DNA from: Lepidodermella squamata
Lineage: Eukaryota; Animalia; Gastrotricha
Reading direction: 5' to 3'
Assembly: GCA_047495785.1 (NCBI GenBank)
Contig: JBLDXI010000009.1
Location: 2,666,001 to 2,730,000 of the forward strand
DNA length: 64,000 nt
Positions 39,831 through 51,598 of the stretch are shown piece by piece. Both the position numbers and the translations under genes were made by a program. The notes beneath the pieces were generated by a model. That model worked only from the letters and a program-made list of their open reading frames with translations, was not told where the DNA came from and did not search any database. Numbering within the stretch: position 1 is the stretch's first letter; every line of letters starts with the position of its first letter.

Positions 39831-41692
39831 TTATCTAGTGTGAAGCGATGGCAAAATCCAGAACACGGCCATTGGAGTAAGGACAATAAGAGATAAATAG
39901 GTTATAACAGTCAAGCGTTCGACTACTTCGGCTAAGAAAAGCCATTGAAACCGAAGTTTTTTCGATATTTCCGCGAGTTTTGAATTGTGGCTCCTCCTTG
40001 AATCATCTGACTCCTGAGATGATTTAAGGTCTTGGATCAAACTTGGCTGGTCCAGTTTAGCTCCGAATTGCACATCTGCCATCGGAGCGAACCCTCCGTC
40101 GTTCTGAAACTGTGTAGAATACACGCTGCCGTTAGCATTATTATTATGACGGCCAGTCATCAGAGGTTCGATGCTGGCTACATTGACGTCCTTTTGAAAC
40201 TCGGCCAGCGCGATGCCGGCAGATTTGTTAGCTTCGATGTTTTCCTCTTCGATTATCACGTCTTCGGGGTCGACTAGAATGAGGGCCGAAAGAAAACCAG
40301 CGAAGCTGAATACCCATGCTGGAGGAGGGTTGTTCCTCGAAGCTCGATTGAGGCACATAAAGACGAGACCTTCGCCAAATAAGGCGACAGCAATATAAGC
40401 CTGAAAACCAAAGGAAATTAGTAAGGATCAAGGACTTCTTTTTCAGTACCATTTGAAGGTTGATGTAAATTGATAAGAGGGGAGTATGCTCTGACCTGTG
40501 TATGATCAACAACAAATTCCTATTAAGAAAGATTCTCAAATTCCTATTCTTACGTTCTTGGCATCTCTCGACTAACGGTATCTTGAAAAACCGCATAAGC
40601 CAGCAAGCAAGTGAAGGTAACATGAATTTTCTGAGGCTCGTGAGTAGGTAACGCGAAGATAACGACTTCAACGAAAGCAATTATCAAACTAGGAGTGATG
40701 ATGTTAATATCTGAAATCATAGAATTATAGAAATTCAGAGATTCTTAAGAATTGAACTCACTGTAGTACGCCGATTTTCTCTTGAGACTCAACAAGTACT
40801 CCATACCAGTATAACAACAATCTGTCGTCGAATTTGTGTAGCACGATATATAGGGCTTAGCGGTGAGATTAAGCAGCTCCCATTGTTCATTAGACCGGAA
40901 TTTGTTGGTGTTAACCGGAGGTTTGTAAAGCCTGAACATCTCCTGCCCTGGAAAGTATGTCCAAGCTTCGAATCTTATCGGGCATTCTTGCTCGTCGTAT
41001 GGGAAGAATGTCATATCCAACTCGCAGAAGACATTGATCGTTGCTTCTGGCAGGAATTCAATCCAACCATCGCTGGTGATGGTGAGTAGCATCTTCTCGG
41101 ATTCTTGTTGTAACTTGTACATATTGCCGCTGTTAACATTCGAAAAATCGGGCAGCCAAACTTCCGAAGCCATGACACTCAGAGAATCGGTTTGATTGTA
41201 AGGTTCAGTTTTATTCCACACCAGATACTCATCGTTCCATGCTAAGGTTAAATGGATCGTTGTTGTCATTTCCTGCTCTTTTTCCAGCTGCAAAATCAAA
41301 ATAAAAGATCAGCCCGAAACATTGGTTGAATCTTACGATGTTATTCAGAACAATCAAGCTGAGCCCGAAGTAGATGTCAATACCATCCAACGCATCTTTT
41401 CGTGGCCGTCTGGTCGGTAAATAGTCCTTAAAAAGGACTTTGCTAAGCTCAGCTTCGGAGAACACTAGATAAGAAGGAACAGAGTGACTAACTCATCTTT
41501 ATGAGATGAGGATATACCTGTCCTATTTACTGCGGACGTGGTAGAATTTTCATTTTGCACTAAAAGAGCTTGTCTTGCCGCAGCGTATTCTTCCAAAGTT
41601 ATGTCACCGACGTATCCATCGCTAACAGCTGAATCGCTGGCTAACAGGAACAGGGGCAGACTCCACGACAAATAGCAGTGGTGAATCGCCAT
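39831..41692 (-). CDS. Cys-loop LGIC subunit G18 (class E), first gene of the array in transcription order
   Basis: MAIHHCYLSW..GDITLEEYAAA, YLPTRRP, CELDMTFFPYDEQEC, loop C YISCYTNSTTDCCYTG, M2 EPQKIHVTFTCLLAYAVFQD. Start ATG could be 41728. Confidence 0.88.
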
Positions 41693-42648
41693 TATTATTA
41701 TCGCAGGCTTCACTACGCCGACGATCATCGAATTACAGCAATTGATGTGAGCGAGGAAACCTGAATCCCAAGCGGGCTGTTGAGAAACTCGAATGTATGT
41801 GGTATTTTCTATAACTCGGAACAAATTTGCCCGTCGAGAGCAATCAAAGCGACAGCAATTAACGCAGAGGAAATGCAATGTTGGCCGATTTTTTTCCTCT
41901 TCGCAAAAAACATGAAAAAAATCAATTTTCATCCCGTGCGACCACTTTGCTCCAGATTTCCGTGCTTTCAATTTTCTGTCTGAGATCAGCTCATCTTCTT
42001 CTTTCGCATTACGACAGGGTATTTTTACTAATGGAGATCTAGATTTCGTTCATTTCACGTTTTCTTAGTAATGACGTGTTGTAGGCTTTTGACATAGTGA
42101 TGCTATGAAAATGTTTTACCTACTCGACGGCTCTTCATGCTTTTACGTTTTAATTGCCAAAAAGACGCTGATGACGAAAACAAGTGAAGTGACTGCGTGC
42201 ACGCGTTTTTTGTGTTAGACCATTAAACACATCGCGTTTTTTGCCTGCAGACTGGAAGAGGTAGCGGGGCAAAAAGTTCCTTGTAACTTAATTATAATTA
42301 CATTTGGTCTAGACGAGTAGGAGAGTGACCAATTTGCTTGCTCACGAGATTTTATTCATCATCTCTCTTCATAAAATACGTAGATTTGAACTTGTATATT
42401 GCAGTTAAATCAGACGATTAATAATAGAATGACAGCAAAAATAAGGAGAAAAATAACGTTTCCGGGAAACATTCATCGAGCTATGTAATCATCAGAGCGC
42501 CGAAATAAGAGAAAAAAACTTCAGCATGAGCTTTCAAGAGGAGTTTTTGCCGCCAAGTTCATGAGTGATAATTATCGTTCGAGCCATTATAAATGGGTTT
42601 GAATCATTTCTGAAAGCTTCACAGGTTTTCACGGAATTTAAAATTGCA

Positions 42649-44159
42649 TCAACTGTTCAAAAAGTCTGACGTGAAGTCATCACTCATATCGTAATGGTTA
42701 TGATGATGAAGATGGTTATCATTTGCTATATTGGTAACTTGATTCGGATGATGATTCATCGGCACATCATCAGATCTGAGGCTTATCGCCAAGAATTTGG
42801 CTAGATTCGGCTCGTAGGACGACAGTAGAACGCTGAGGTCTTTCAAGCTGTCCACAAGGCGCTGAGCAGTTTGTAGGCACTTCTCCACCAGCAATCGGGA
42901 ATTTTGCTCAACGGCATAACGATTCGTCATCTTGATTTTATCGTAAGCATTGATTAAATCGAGGGCAAGCCAAAGCCGTCGTCTTGTTCTTGCAACGCGA
43001 CTTCCGCTCATAAAGTTATCTAAAACCGAAAAATCCGGTAAAAGGGGTATTGACTTGCATTGCTAGTTCTTACCGTTCAAGAACAATAAACTAATCAAAA
43101 TCGCAGATTCGATCAAGCAGGGATTCCATTGTTCAATGAGCAATTGGAGCTCGTGGTTAATTTTACACGACTCTTCGAGTTGAGGCAAGTGGAAGAGCAT
43201 TGATTTGAGGTTTGTAACGCCGAACAAGTTCGATCCTCCATGACCGGGTAAGGAGAGGTAAACAGCTGTCAACTTGCCGACAAATCCGTCCTCGAATGCT
43301 AGATCTATTTCGTCTTTTGTTATCGACTCAGTCGTAGCCATGTAGTCACTGTAGCTCAGAGCGATTTCGGTACATTTCACAATGTGCTGATAGGCGAGCT
43401 GCCAGAAGGTCTCACGATCTTGGATGAATTCAGTATTCATCCTCAATGGGAGCTAGAAAAAAAGCCTGAGCTTATTTAATCAGGTTGGAGATCAATAAAC
43501 TTACAAAATGCAAGCCTTGTAACTGGCCAAAAGCATTCACGATGGTTCTAAGAGTTGATTCAACTTCAGTTCCATCGCAGTAGCTCGGTTCAGGCACCAG
43601 CAACGAAGACTGCCATTGCTCGTAGGAAGACATGCCGCTAGTGTCATTCTCGCTGTAAACTGACTGCAGCGACGCTCGCTTCGAGCTAAAGCCCGACTCC
43701 TTTGCGGACGATGTGGAAGATGTTGTGGAGGATGCGGAGGAGGATGACGCTGAAGATGGAGTCGCAGAAGCCGCTGCAGCAGCTGCAGCAGCAGCAGCAG
43801 AGGCTGCGTTCAAACTTTGTCTCAACAAGATAGCACTTCGGCACTTATCGAGGCGACATTTGATGCAGGCTGTTCGAGTTGTTTCTGCAATCGAACATGG
43901 ACCATCACCACTTGCGCATTTCAACTCTCCGAGGTCCTTCTCACAATGCCGCTGGTAAAATTTCTGTAACCAAGGTTGTGAATACAGGGCATAACTGAGG
44001 GTGATCTAATTTACCCGACAGGCGTCGCAGATCACAGCAGTTTTAGACACAGCTGCATTACAAACCTATTTGGAGAAAATTAACCTAGATTTATTATTAA
44101 GGAGGAAGTTTCATTACCTTGCATGTTGAGTCGTACCGGAAATTTGCAAGATTTGACAT
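42649..44159 (-). CDS. Divergent nuclear hormone receptor (C4 zinc-finger DBD, Ala/Ser-rich hinge, divergent LBD)
   Basis: Spliced exons give MSNLANFRYDSTCK|VCNAAVSKTAVICDACR|KFYQRH..KCASGDGPCSIAETTRTACIKCRLDKC, then helical LBD-like exons at 43063-43453 and 42649-43020. Confidence 0.8.
43725..43810 (-). repeat. Poly-Ala / Ser-Thr low-complexity coding repeat in the NR hinge
   Basis: (GCA)n-rich run encoding AASAAAAAAAAAASATPSSASSSS. Confidence 0.8.
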
Positions 44160-45301
44160 TGCTAGCTGTCTTTAATCAGTAGCAGATGAGTAGAAAAGAT
44201 TCCGCTTTCAAAAGCCGTAACATGAGGGCTATTAAAGCATCACGCAGTTATTTGCCCCTACAGGTTACGATAAACACATAAGAGGGGTTGAAACATCAAG
44301 TCGCTTTTTTTCTCCATCTCGTATATAAATATTGATGACCATTCTGTTCACGTTAAAGCTATAATTTCGTCATATTACAAGCATTTTCCCAGCGCTCTGT
44401 TAAGAGCACGCCGAGATGACCATACGTTAAGTGAGAGGGCAATTTGTGTATAAAGTTTGCATGTAGTGAGCGGCTATTTCGCGGAAATTTCTCATCATCT
44501 CCAATGAAATAAGATAGGCTAACAATATAGGTCATTTAGGAAATGGATGCAGTTTTTATCACTAGAAATAATTCAATAGAGAGTGAATAGGGTGATAAAA
44601 ACGGGAATAAAAAACTGTCATGTGTACACATGATATGAATGAGTGTTTTTGTATAGGCCTCTATATTGGTCAATGCATTGTAATCCTCCTATGGCCGAAT
44701 TCTGCTGCATAAGCGATGATGCTGATTATTATTACTACTACATAACAAACAGCTGGGCAATGAGTTTGGGTTTATTAAACAACATTTTGTATGTATGTGT
44801 TTTTTATCTATATATTCTACGGTTGCTCATGATGAGGTGCATCAATTATTGCTCGATAGTATATTGTTAAAGCGAAAAACACGCAGGTATATACACACAT
44901 ACACTCATTACACTAAACTAATAAATGCGCGCGGCTATTGTCATTGAGTAGTAGGTTCAAAAGCTAAGTACTGACCATTTAGACTAGCTAAATACGGCCA
45001 GGTAAAGGGGAACGCTTTAGTATAATGCCGATTTTTGGCTGCATTTAGCACTTTCGGCGCTGAATTCAAGAGGAAGACCTGTTAGATGAAACATGAAACA
45101 GTCAGGTATCATATAAACTGAAACAATGCGATTATTCCAGCGTATTATCACGAGTGGGTGTTAGCTGGAATGACAAGCGTAACCTAGAGAGAAGAAAAAA
45201 CGATATAAGCCCGTTATGAGTGTGAGCGTGTGCGGAACATTAAAACTTGTCTTTAGTTTTACTGACTTTTTTATTTGTTCCAATCGCAACAGTGGAATAT
45301 A

Positions 45302-46513
45302 TCAGTTGAGTAGTATCATCACATGTGAACGTTGTATATTTACGTGAGTCGTTATGCCCGGAGCGTTGGCGTTACTGTAACTGCCAGGAAAAGGGCTCGA
45401 ATGCCTTTGCACACATGCACATGAAGGAGCAAAATAATAAAGCAACTTGAATGAAGCACTTACGAAGGTAAAAAACGCGGTAAACTCACCTAGTTTTGGC
45501 CTTTTTAGACTGATGCAACAACGTGGGTCCAATTTGGTGCACTTGACAATAATTAAAAATTGGGTTTCCTTTTTCGGTCAACTCGTTAATTAGCTTACCA
45601 CTTTCCCGTGGCTTTCCAAAAAACCGCAGAGGATTGGCATTCATAAAGCCATCAGTTTTCATGAAATCGAAAGCGTGGATAGTAAGAGGGAAAGGATTTC
45701 CTATGCTGGCAATGATACCATATGATGGGCAGCGATAACTGGTTGAATCTTTGACAGGGACAACGTCTGTGTCTTGAAAAACAAAACAATCCCAGTCTTT
45801 CCTGATCTTCAACGCTTCCCGAACAGCTAAATTGTACATCAAGCCATCGTCGCCAGCAGAAGAACCCTATTTTACACCAATTATAAGTGTTTACAAGTGC
45901 AAAAATAAGATCAAACCTGCCGTATTATAAAAATTCGAAAGGATACGAGCTGGGGAGGCACAATTCCATGAATTTGGTATAAAAATCGGCGCAATTTTGA
46001 AACGTCCTCATCTCTGCTTCTCGCAGCGTGGTGAACAGCAATTATTGCAATTTTCCATTCAGGTTCACACCAATCAGGCGCCGCAAATTGGTTCTGATCA
46101 TCAAAAGTGATGTTCAAAATCAATTTCTCGAGATCAGCTTCAGTAACAGTGTCTTCGTTGATATAAAAGTCAAAAGAACTGCCTAATTCTGGCGGGTGCC
46201 TCGGGCAAGTTATTGGATACAAACTCAATCCATCCGGCAGCTTTCTGTCTCCCCTTTCAAGGTATCCCGTGTATGAGATATTGAATTTAGACTCTTGAGC
46301 GGGAGACGCAGGTCTTGAATTGTCAAGCACATACGGCCATGGCGGGAGAATAATTCCGACAAACGCTGCTTGCCAAATCAATCGGTAGAATTTGACTAGT
46401 TTGAATGAGCCGTATGCTACGACACATATCTTGAGCACAGATGCGAGGTTGCATGGTCTTCTGTAATTAAGCCAACGCGCAACAATAAGGTGACAATCCA
46501 GTAAACAACTCAT
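45302..46513 (-). CDS. Divergent glycosyltransferase family 7 (beta-1,4-galactosyltransferase-like) type II membrane protein
   Basis: CP..PPELG, CEPEWKIAII, FRIFIIRQ, then YNLAVREALKIRKDWDCFVFQDTDVVP (DxD motif, compare GT7 DCFVFHDVD). The last exon (to 45302) is uncertain; the gene may stop at 45486. Confidence 0.7.
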
Positions 46514-47235
46514 TGTTTCTCTTTGCGTTTTCGCAGCATCACAGTAGTGTGTACTGAAATTTAATTCTATCATTTAGCCAATCCTTATACTTTAAAATTT
46601 ACTTCAACTCCGGTTAGTCTAATAGCTGGCTTTAGTAATACCTGCATCTATATTTTCCAAACATTAAATTATATTCTCATCATCTTTTTGGAATCATGCC
46701 AGCGCAGCAGGGAGACAATGTTAGGTGACAATGCAATTCGTGTAAGTGCATGGACTATAGATGAGTGAGACCAAGATGGGGTAAAATCCCACAAACCTAT
46801 TACAACCTCTCATAAAAACAACAAAAAACGTAGGTATAACACGAAAATACTTACAGGTGTTGTCAGCTGACTCTACTTCGGTTTTGCAGGATCAAAACGC
46901 ACGTGCCCACGTGACATAAAAAAATAGCTGGCTTTTGAGGCGGTGATGGTTTCTTTGTTGCTTCATCAGTTTGTCACTCCGTCACTCAGCAAAAAACTTG
47001 GAGCCTCTGAAAAAAGTTGAGAACAAGTTGAAGTCTAACCCAAGAATACCACTACGCAATATAGCGCAGTGACGAAAGATGGTGTGCAGATTCGGCAAAT
47101 TTGAGGGAAGCAAACCCATGCGTCGTACGCAGACAAAGTGCCCGATGCAAAATTTAATTTAACATCGAAGGTACTCCAGATATATTTTGTATCATACTAC
47201 AAGTCACATTAAGGTTATGATTGCAATGAGTGTCG

Positions 47236-48954
47236 TCACTTGCGGCGCTGTAGTTTTACGATGACTCCGTCGAGTGGGTTGATGGCGAGCTCTGCTCGTA
47301 TCGGTAAGCCATCGGGATAGCCACCTTTGCGCTGCACGAAGCAGTAGCGGCGTAGCATGTTGGCCAGCGTCAGTTTCATCTCCAAATAGGCCAAACGCAT
47401 GCCGATGCAAATTTTAGGCCCAAACCCGAATACTAGAAACGCCGTATCGGGTCTAGGGTTAGCATCGAGATATTCCTTACTGAATCGCTCAGGGTGGAAC
47501 TTGTAGGGGTCGACAGGGCCCCATATTTCAGGATCGTGATGGATAGTCCATTGGTCGACCAGAACGTGATGAACTCCCTTAGGAATCGGCTGTCCACATA
47601 CCTGACTGTCATCCATGACGAATCGGCTTACGACATTTTGAGCCACCGGATACATTCGAAGAGTCTCGTTGCATACGCAATCCATGTAGGGAAGATTCAT
47701 GACATCATCATAGTCCAATTCAGCACCGTTCTTCTTCTCAACGGCATCCAGAACTTCTCGATACAGCTTCTCTTGCTTATCAGGGTTATCGGCTAGCAAG
47801 TAGGCGGCGAACGCCAAAGAAGTTGATGTTGTTTCGGTGCCTGCGCCGAAGAAAATCACACTCTGGCTTACAACTTCGGATTCAGTCAGCGCATCTGGGT
47901 TCGAGTTTTCTTTGTTCAAGTTCGAAGCGTCCAAGAGCGCCTGCAAAATGTCGGCACGTTTCTGACTCGGGTCGGAAAGGCGCTTGTCCACTACAGCTTG
48001 CGCTGCTGCATGGACATCAACGATTGCTGTGATGCCGATTCCTAAGGATTCTCCCGCCGATTTCAGAAGACGGCCAATCATACCGCCGAATTCAGACAGA
48101 ATCATGCTTAGTTTTACGACAGCAGGCTCTTCGAGATGCTGCTTCAGGACAGCTCGAATCGTTTGTAGCATACGATTGTTTTCACCGCCTTCTTTGAGGC
48201 AGTTGATTTCGATCCCGAACGCAACTTCTGCTATTGTGTCCTGTTGCAATCAAATGCACATATAGTTAGAGGGCAAGTCACTTTACTGCAATACTTACAA
48301 TAGTCAAGCATTGAAAGATCGGGTAAATGTTGAACTCCTCCCCAGACTGACTCTTTTCGTCCAATACCTGAAGAAGCTTCACCTGACTCTTGTTGATCAG
48401 GGGCATGTAAGACTTGAGTTTTCCGGTTGAGAACATAGATGCAGTATTTGTACGAAGGCGTTTCCACTCCTTACCCCGTTGGAAAAACATGTTTGGAACG
48501 AAAACCTTACGATGCACGTCTTCTGTAGGGTCCGGCTGAATAGAAACATAGTTATTAGATTCCATTAGCCAATTGTTAGCAAAATTACCTGAATATTAGC
48601 CATTCGACGGCCCTGGAAAGTTGAGAACTGTTTAACGCAGATTTGCTCGACAGCTTCAAGATTAGTCGTAACAATGACCGGCTGGCCTCCTTCGTAAAAT
48701 CCATACAACGAGCCGTATTGCTTCGCCCACCTTTCCATGACCTTATGGCGTTGTTCGCTGCTCCACAGCTGGTCAAGATTGCCATACAGCCAATGCGGCT
48801 CTGGGCCGGGGATGCCCAGCTTTTTGAAGTAGCGATGGGCGACGAATTTGCGGTAGAGGTAGAAGCTGAACAGCGCAACAGTTGCGCCTGATACCATGAA
48901 AGGAATCATCCTGAATTCGCGGTTTTCAATCAAAACTGACAAAGTTTGCCCCAT
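47236..48954 (-). CDS. Cytochrome P450 (CYP3-clan-like), 3 exons
   Basis: IPGPEP, WKRLR, AGTETTST, ETLR, PERF, FGFGPKICIG. TATA-like CTATAAAAG just upstream. Confidence 0.95.
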
Positions 48955-49384
48955 TGAACTAGTCTTTTATAGACCGCAAAGCCGGGGACCAGGACACCAC
49001 CTTTGCCGCACTGGAACTGTATTTTTTACGATAAAGGTAAGGTCGTTTGGCTGCGGTTTATCGCAATTTCCTTGACAAAAACTATTGTTTACTCTACAAA
49101 AAAAACTTTCGTTGTAGAATGCTCAATGAATTGCGGTAGTACTCAATAAAGGCACGTGGTTTTCACTCCATTCAGTACTGTGGCTATGTACTTGAAGGTA
49201 AATTTCTGTCTTCGTATTTCTCTATTGTCTGCAAAAGCCGCGGTAAAAATAACACAGCCCTGTCTTTAATTTTTTATAGCATTGACAACCGCAACAATCA
49301 ATAAAAGAAATTCAAGAAAAAGGGGGAAGAATTCACATAAGAATCAAATACACTTCATGTTAGGTCATTCCAAGTAAATTATCA

Positions 49385-51050
49385 CTATCCTCGACGGATA
49401 AGTTTTACGAGGACGCCATTTGCTGGGAACATGCCAACGTCGACATTCACAGGGATTCCTTGTTTATAATCCGCCAACTCGCTTGGGACAATTTTGTAGC
49501 GGCGTAGGACGTTTGCCAGAGTAAGCTTCATTTCCACCTGTGCAAGTCTCATTCCGACACAGATGCGAGGGCCATACCCAAACGGTACGAAAGCTGCGTC
49601 AGGCCTTGGATTCGTCTCAACATATTCTTTGCTGAATCTCGCGGGGTGGAACTCTGATGGCGGAACGGGGCCCCAATACTCGGGATTATGATGCAAGGCA
49701 TACATGTCCAATTGAACCAGATACGTGCCCTTCGGCACAGGTACACTGCAAACCTGAGTATCTTCCATAACGTTTCGATTCATAACACCAATAGCGATGG
49801 GGTACATTCGAAGAGCTTCGTTGCAAACGCAATCCAAGTAAGGAAGGTTCATCACATCGTCGTACTCCAGCACTTCTTTTTTCCCGACCGCACGGTTGAT
49901 TTCGTCGTAAACTTTCTGCTGTTCGTCTTGATGCTGCGACAGTAGGAAGGAGATGAAGGCAAGAGCTGTGGATGTTGTTTCAGTTCCTGCAATGAAAAAT
50001 ACAGCACTCTGGGAGGCGACTTCACTCTCAGTCAGCCTTTCGCTATTCTGATTGGCCGGGTTCAACTCGGATGCGTCGATCAGAGATTGGAGCAGGTCGC
50101 TACGATTAACAGTCGGGTTACTCGTTCTCTGCTTGATGACAGCTCGAGTCATGTCATGAATTCTCACTACAGGCCCCATGCCGATCTCCGTCGCCTCGGC
50201 TAAGGTTTTGATGAACTTGGAGAAATAATGGCGAATTTCCGAGAAAACGTCTGCGACTCTCATGAAAGGAGGGGTGCCAAATGAATGCTTGATTACACTT
50301 CGGATAGTCTGCAGCAACTCGTTGTCCTCATCTTTGGTCTTCAGGCTGTTCACTTCAACACCAAATGCTACTTCGGAAATCACATCCTGAAAAAACTGTT
50401 GTATTACAAAAATACGAGGCAATGAATCCCTACCATTGTCAAATGTTGAAAGGTATCGTGGATGTTTACAGTATCGCCTGCTTTGCATTTCTCCTCTAGC
50501 ACGTCCAACAGGGCGTTTTGGCTTTTCCCTAGCAATGGCATGTAACTCTTCAATTTGCCAGTCGTGAAGACAGGGTTCGCATTGGTCCTCAGGCGCTTCC
50601 AATGCTGGCCCCATGCAAAGAATAGATTAGGCACGAACACCTTGCGATCCATATCTTCTGGCGGGTAGGGCTGAAAAGATACATTAAAATCATAACCCGC
50701 TGTTATTTTTTATTTGTTGTTATTTTCACCTGAACTGGTGAAATTCTGTGACCTTGGAAAGTAGCATATTGTTTGACACAGATCTGCTCCACGCCTTCAG
50801 CGCTGCTTGCGACAAGAACAGGCGATGCCCCGAGGTAGTAGCCATAAAACGGGCCGTATTTCTTACTCCAAGACTGCATTAACAAATGGCGTGCTTCGCT
50901 TCCCCATAGCTCGTGCGCGTTTCCAAAAAGCCAGTGCGGTTCGGGTCCGGGGATGCTCAATGATTTGAAGAATCGATGAGCGTAAAACTTGCGATATAAG
51001 TAAAAACTGGCAAAACTTGCCGCAATAATAGCAACAATTGCTCCGATCAT
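49385..51050 (-). CDS. Cytochrome P450 (CYP3-clan-like), 3 exons; close paralog of 7094-8760
   Basis: AGTETTST, EALR, PARF, FGYGPRICVG, and the same intron positions as the 7094 copy. Confidence 0.95.
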
Positions 51051-51598
51051 TCTTGTCTAGTTATTATAGGTTGAAAAAATGTGAAAGTGAAGTCAACTGT
51101 ATTTTTTTCCAAGATAAGAGGCCATAAGTGACCTTCAGACTTGGGGGTGAACAAACGCTGATAAGAGACCCCATTTTTTTAGGAATGGGAAGCCCTAGGT
51201 ACTGTATAATCGGTATCTTATACCGTATAAGCCATATCGTCATAACCATTGCAATGATTTTAGTTGTCAAATATAACCAATAAAACTATAATTATGTGTA
51301 GCCACTAAACTGTAGCGTCGAATGGCAAATCCACACCAGCTTTCTTCCTTTTTTCCTTTAGCTTTATAGGCAACGTCTGCGACACTTTTTTCATCGGAAA
51401 ACAAACATCTGAAGCCAGAGTTCTAGTTTTTAATAAACCTCAGCAGCGACCTGTATTTTATTTTCCTGCTCAAGATAAGCCTACGATAAAAAAGTGTTAC
51501 GCCGCTTTGTTTGCACAACCAGTTTTTGCCCTGCCGCTATAACAGGTTAAACTATACAGTGGTGCTGCGCCAAATGAATGAAGCTTTTGAAAAAAACG

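Noticed and set aside
26073-41692. Calling class D/E genes nAChR alpha subunits because of the CC in loop C
   Set aside because: The CC is displaced to just before the last Tyr, and the loop A Tyr, loop D Trp and GEK motif are missing. No gene symbol is justified.
1-41692. Fragmented ORFs as pseudogenes or soluble AChBP-like proteins
   Set aside because: The fragments join in frame through short GT-AG or GC-AG introns, and G2-G18 all include M1-M4.
41693-41971. Long N-terminal extension of G18 in the ORF track
   Set aside because: Begins at a non-ATG codon. The signal-peptide-like segment and the class E motif point to a start at 41692 or 41728.
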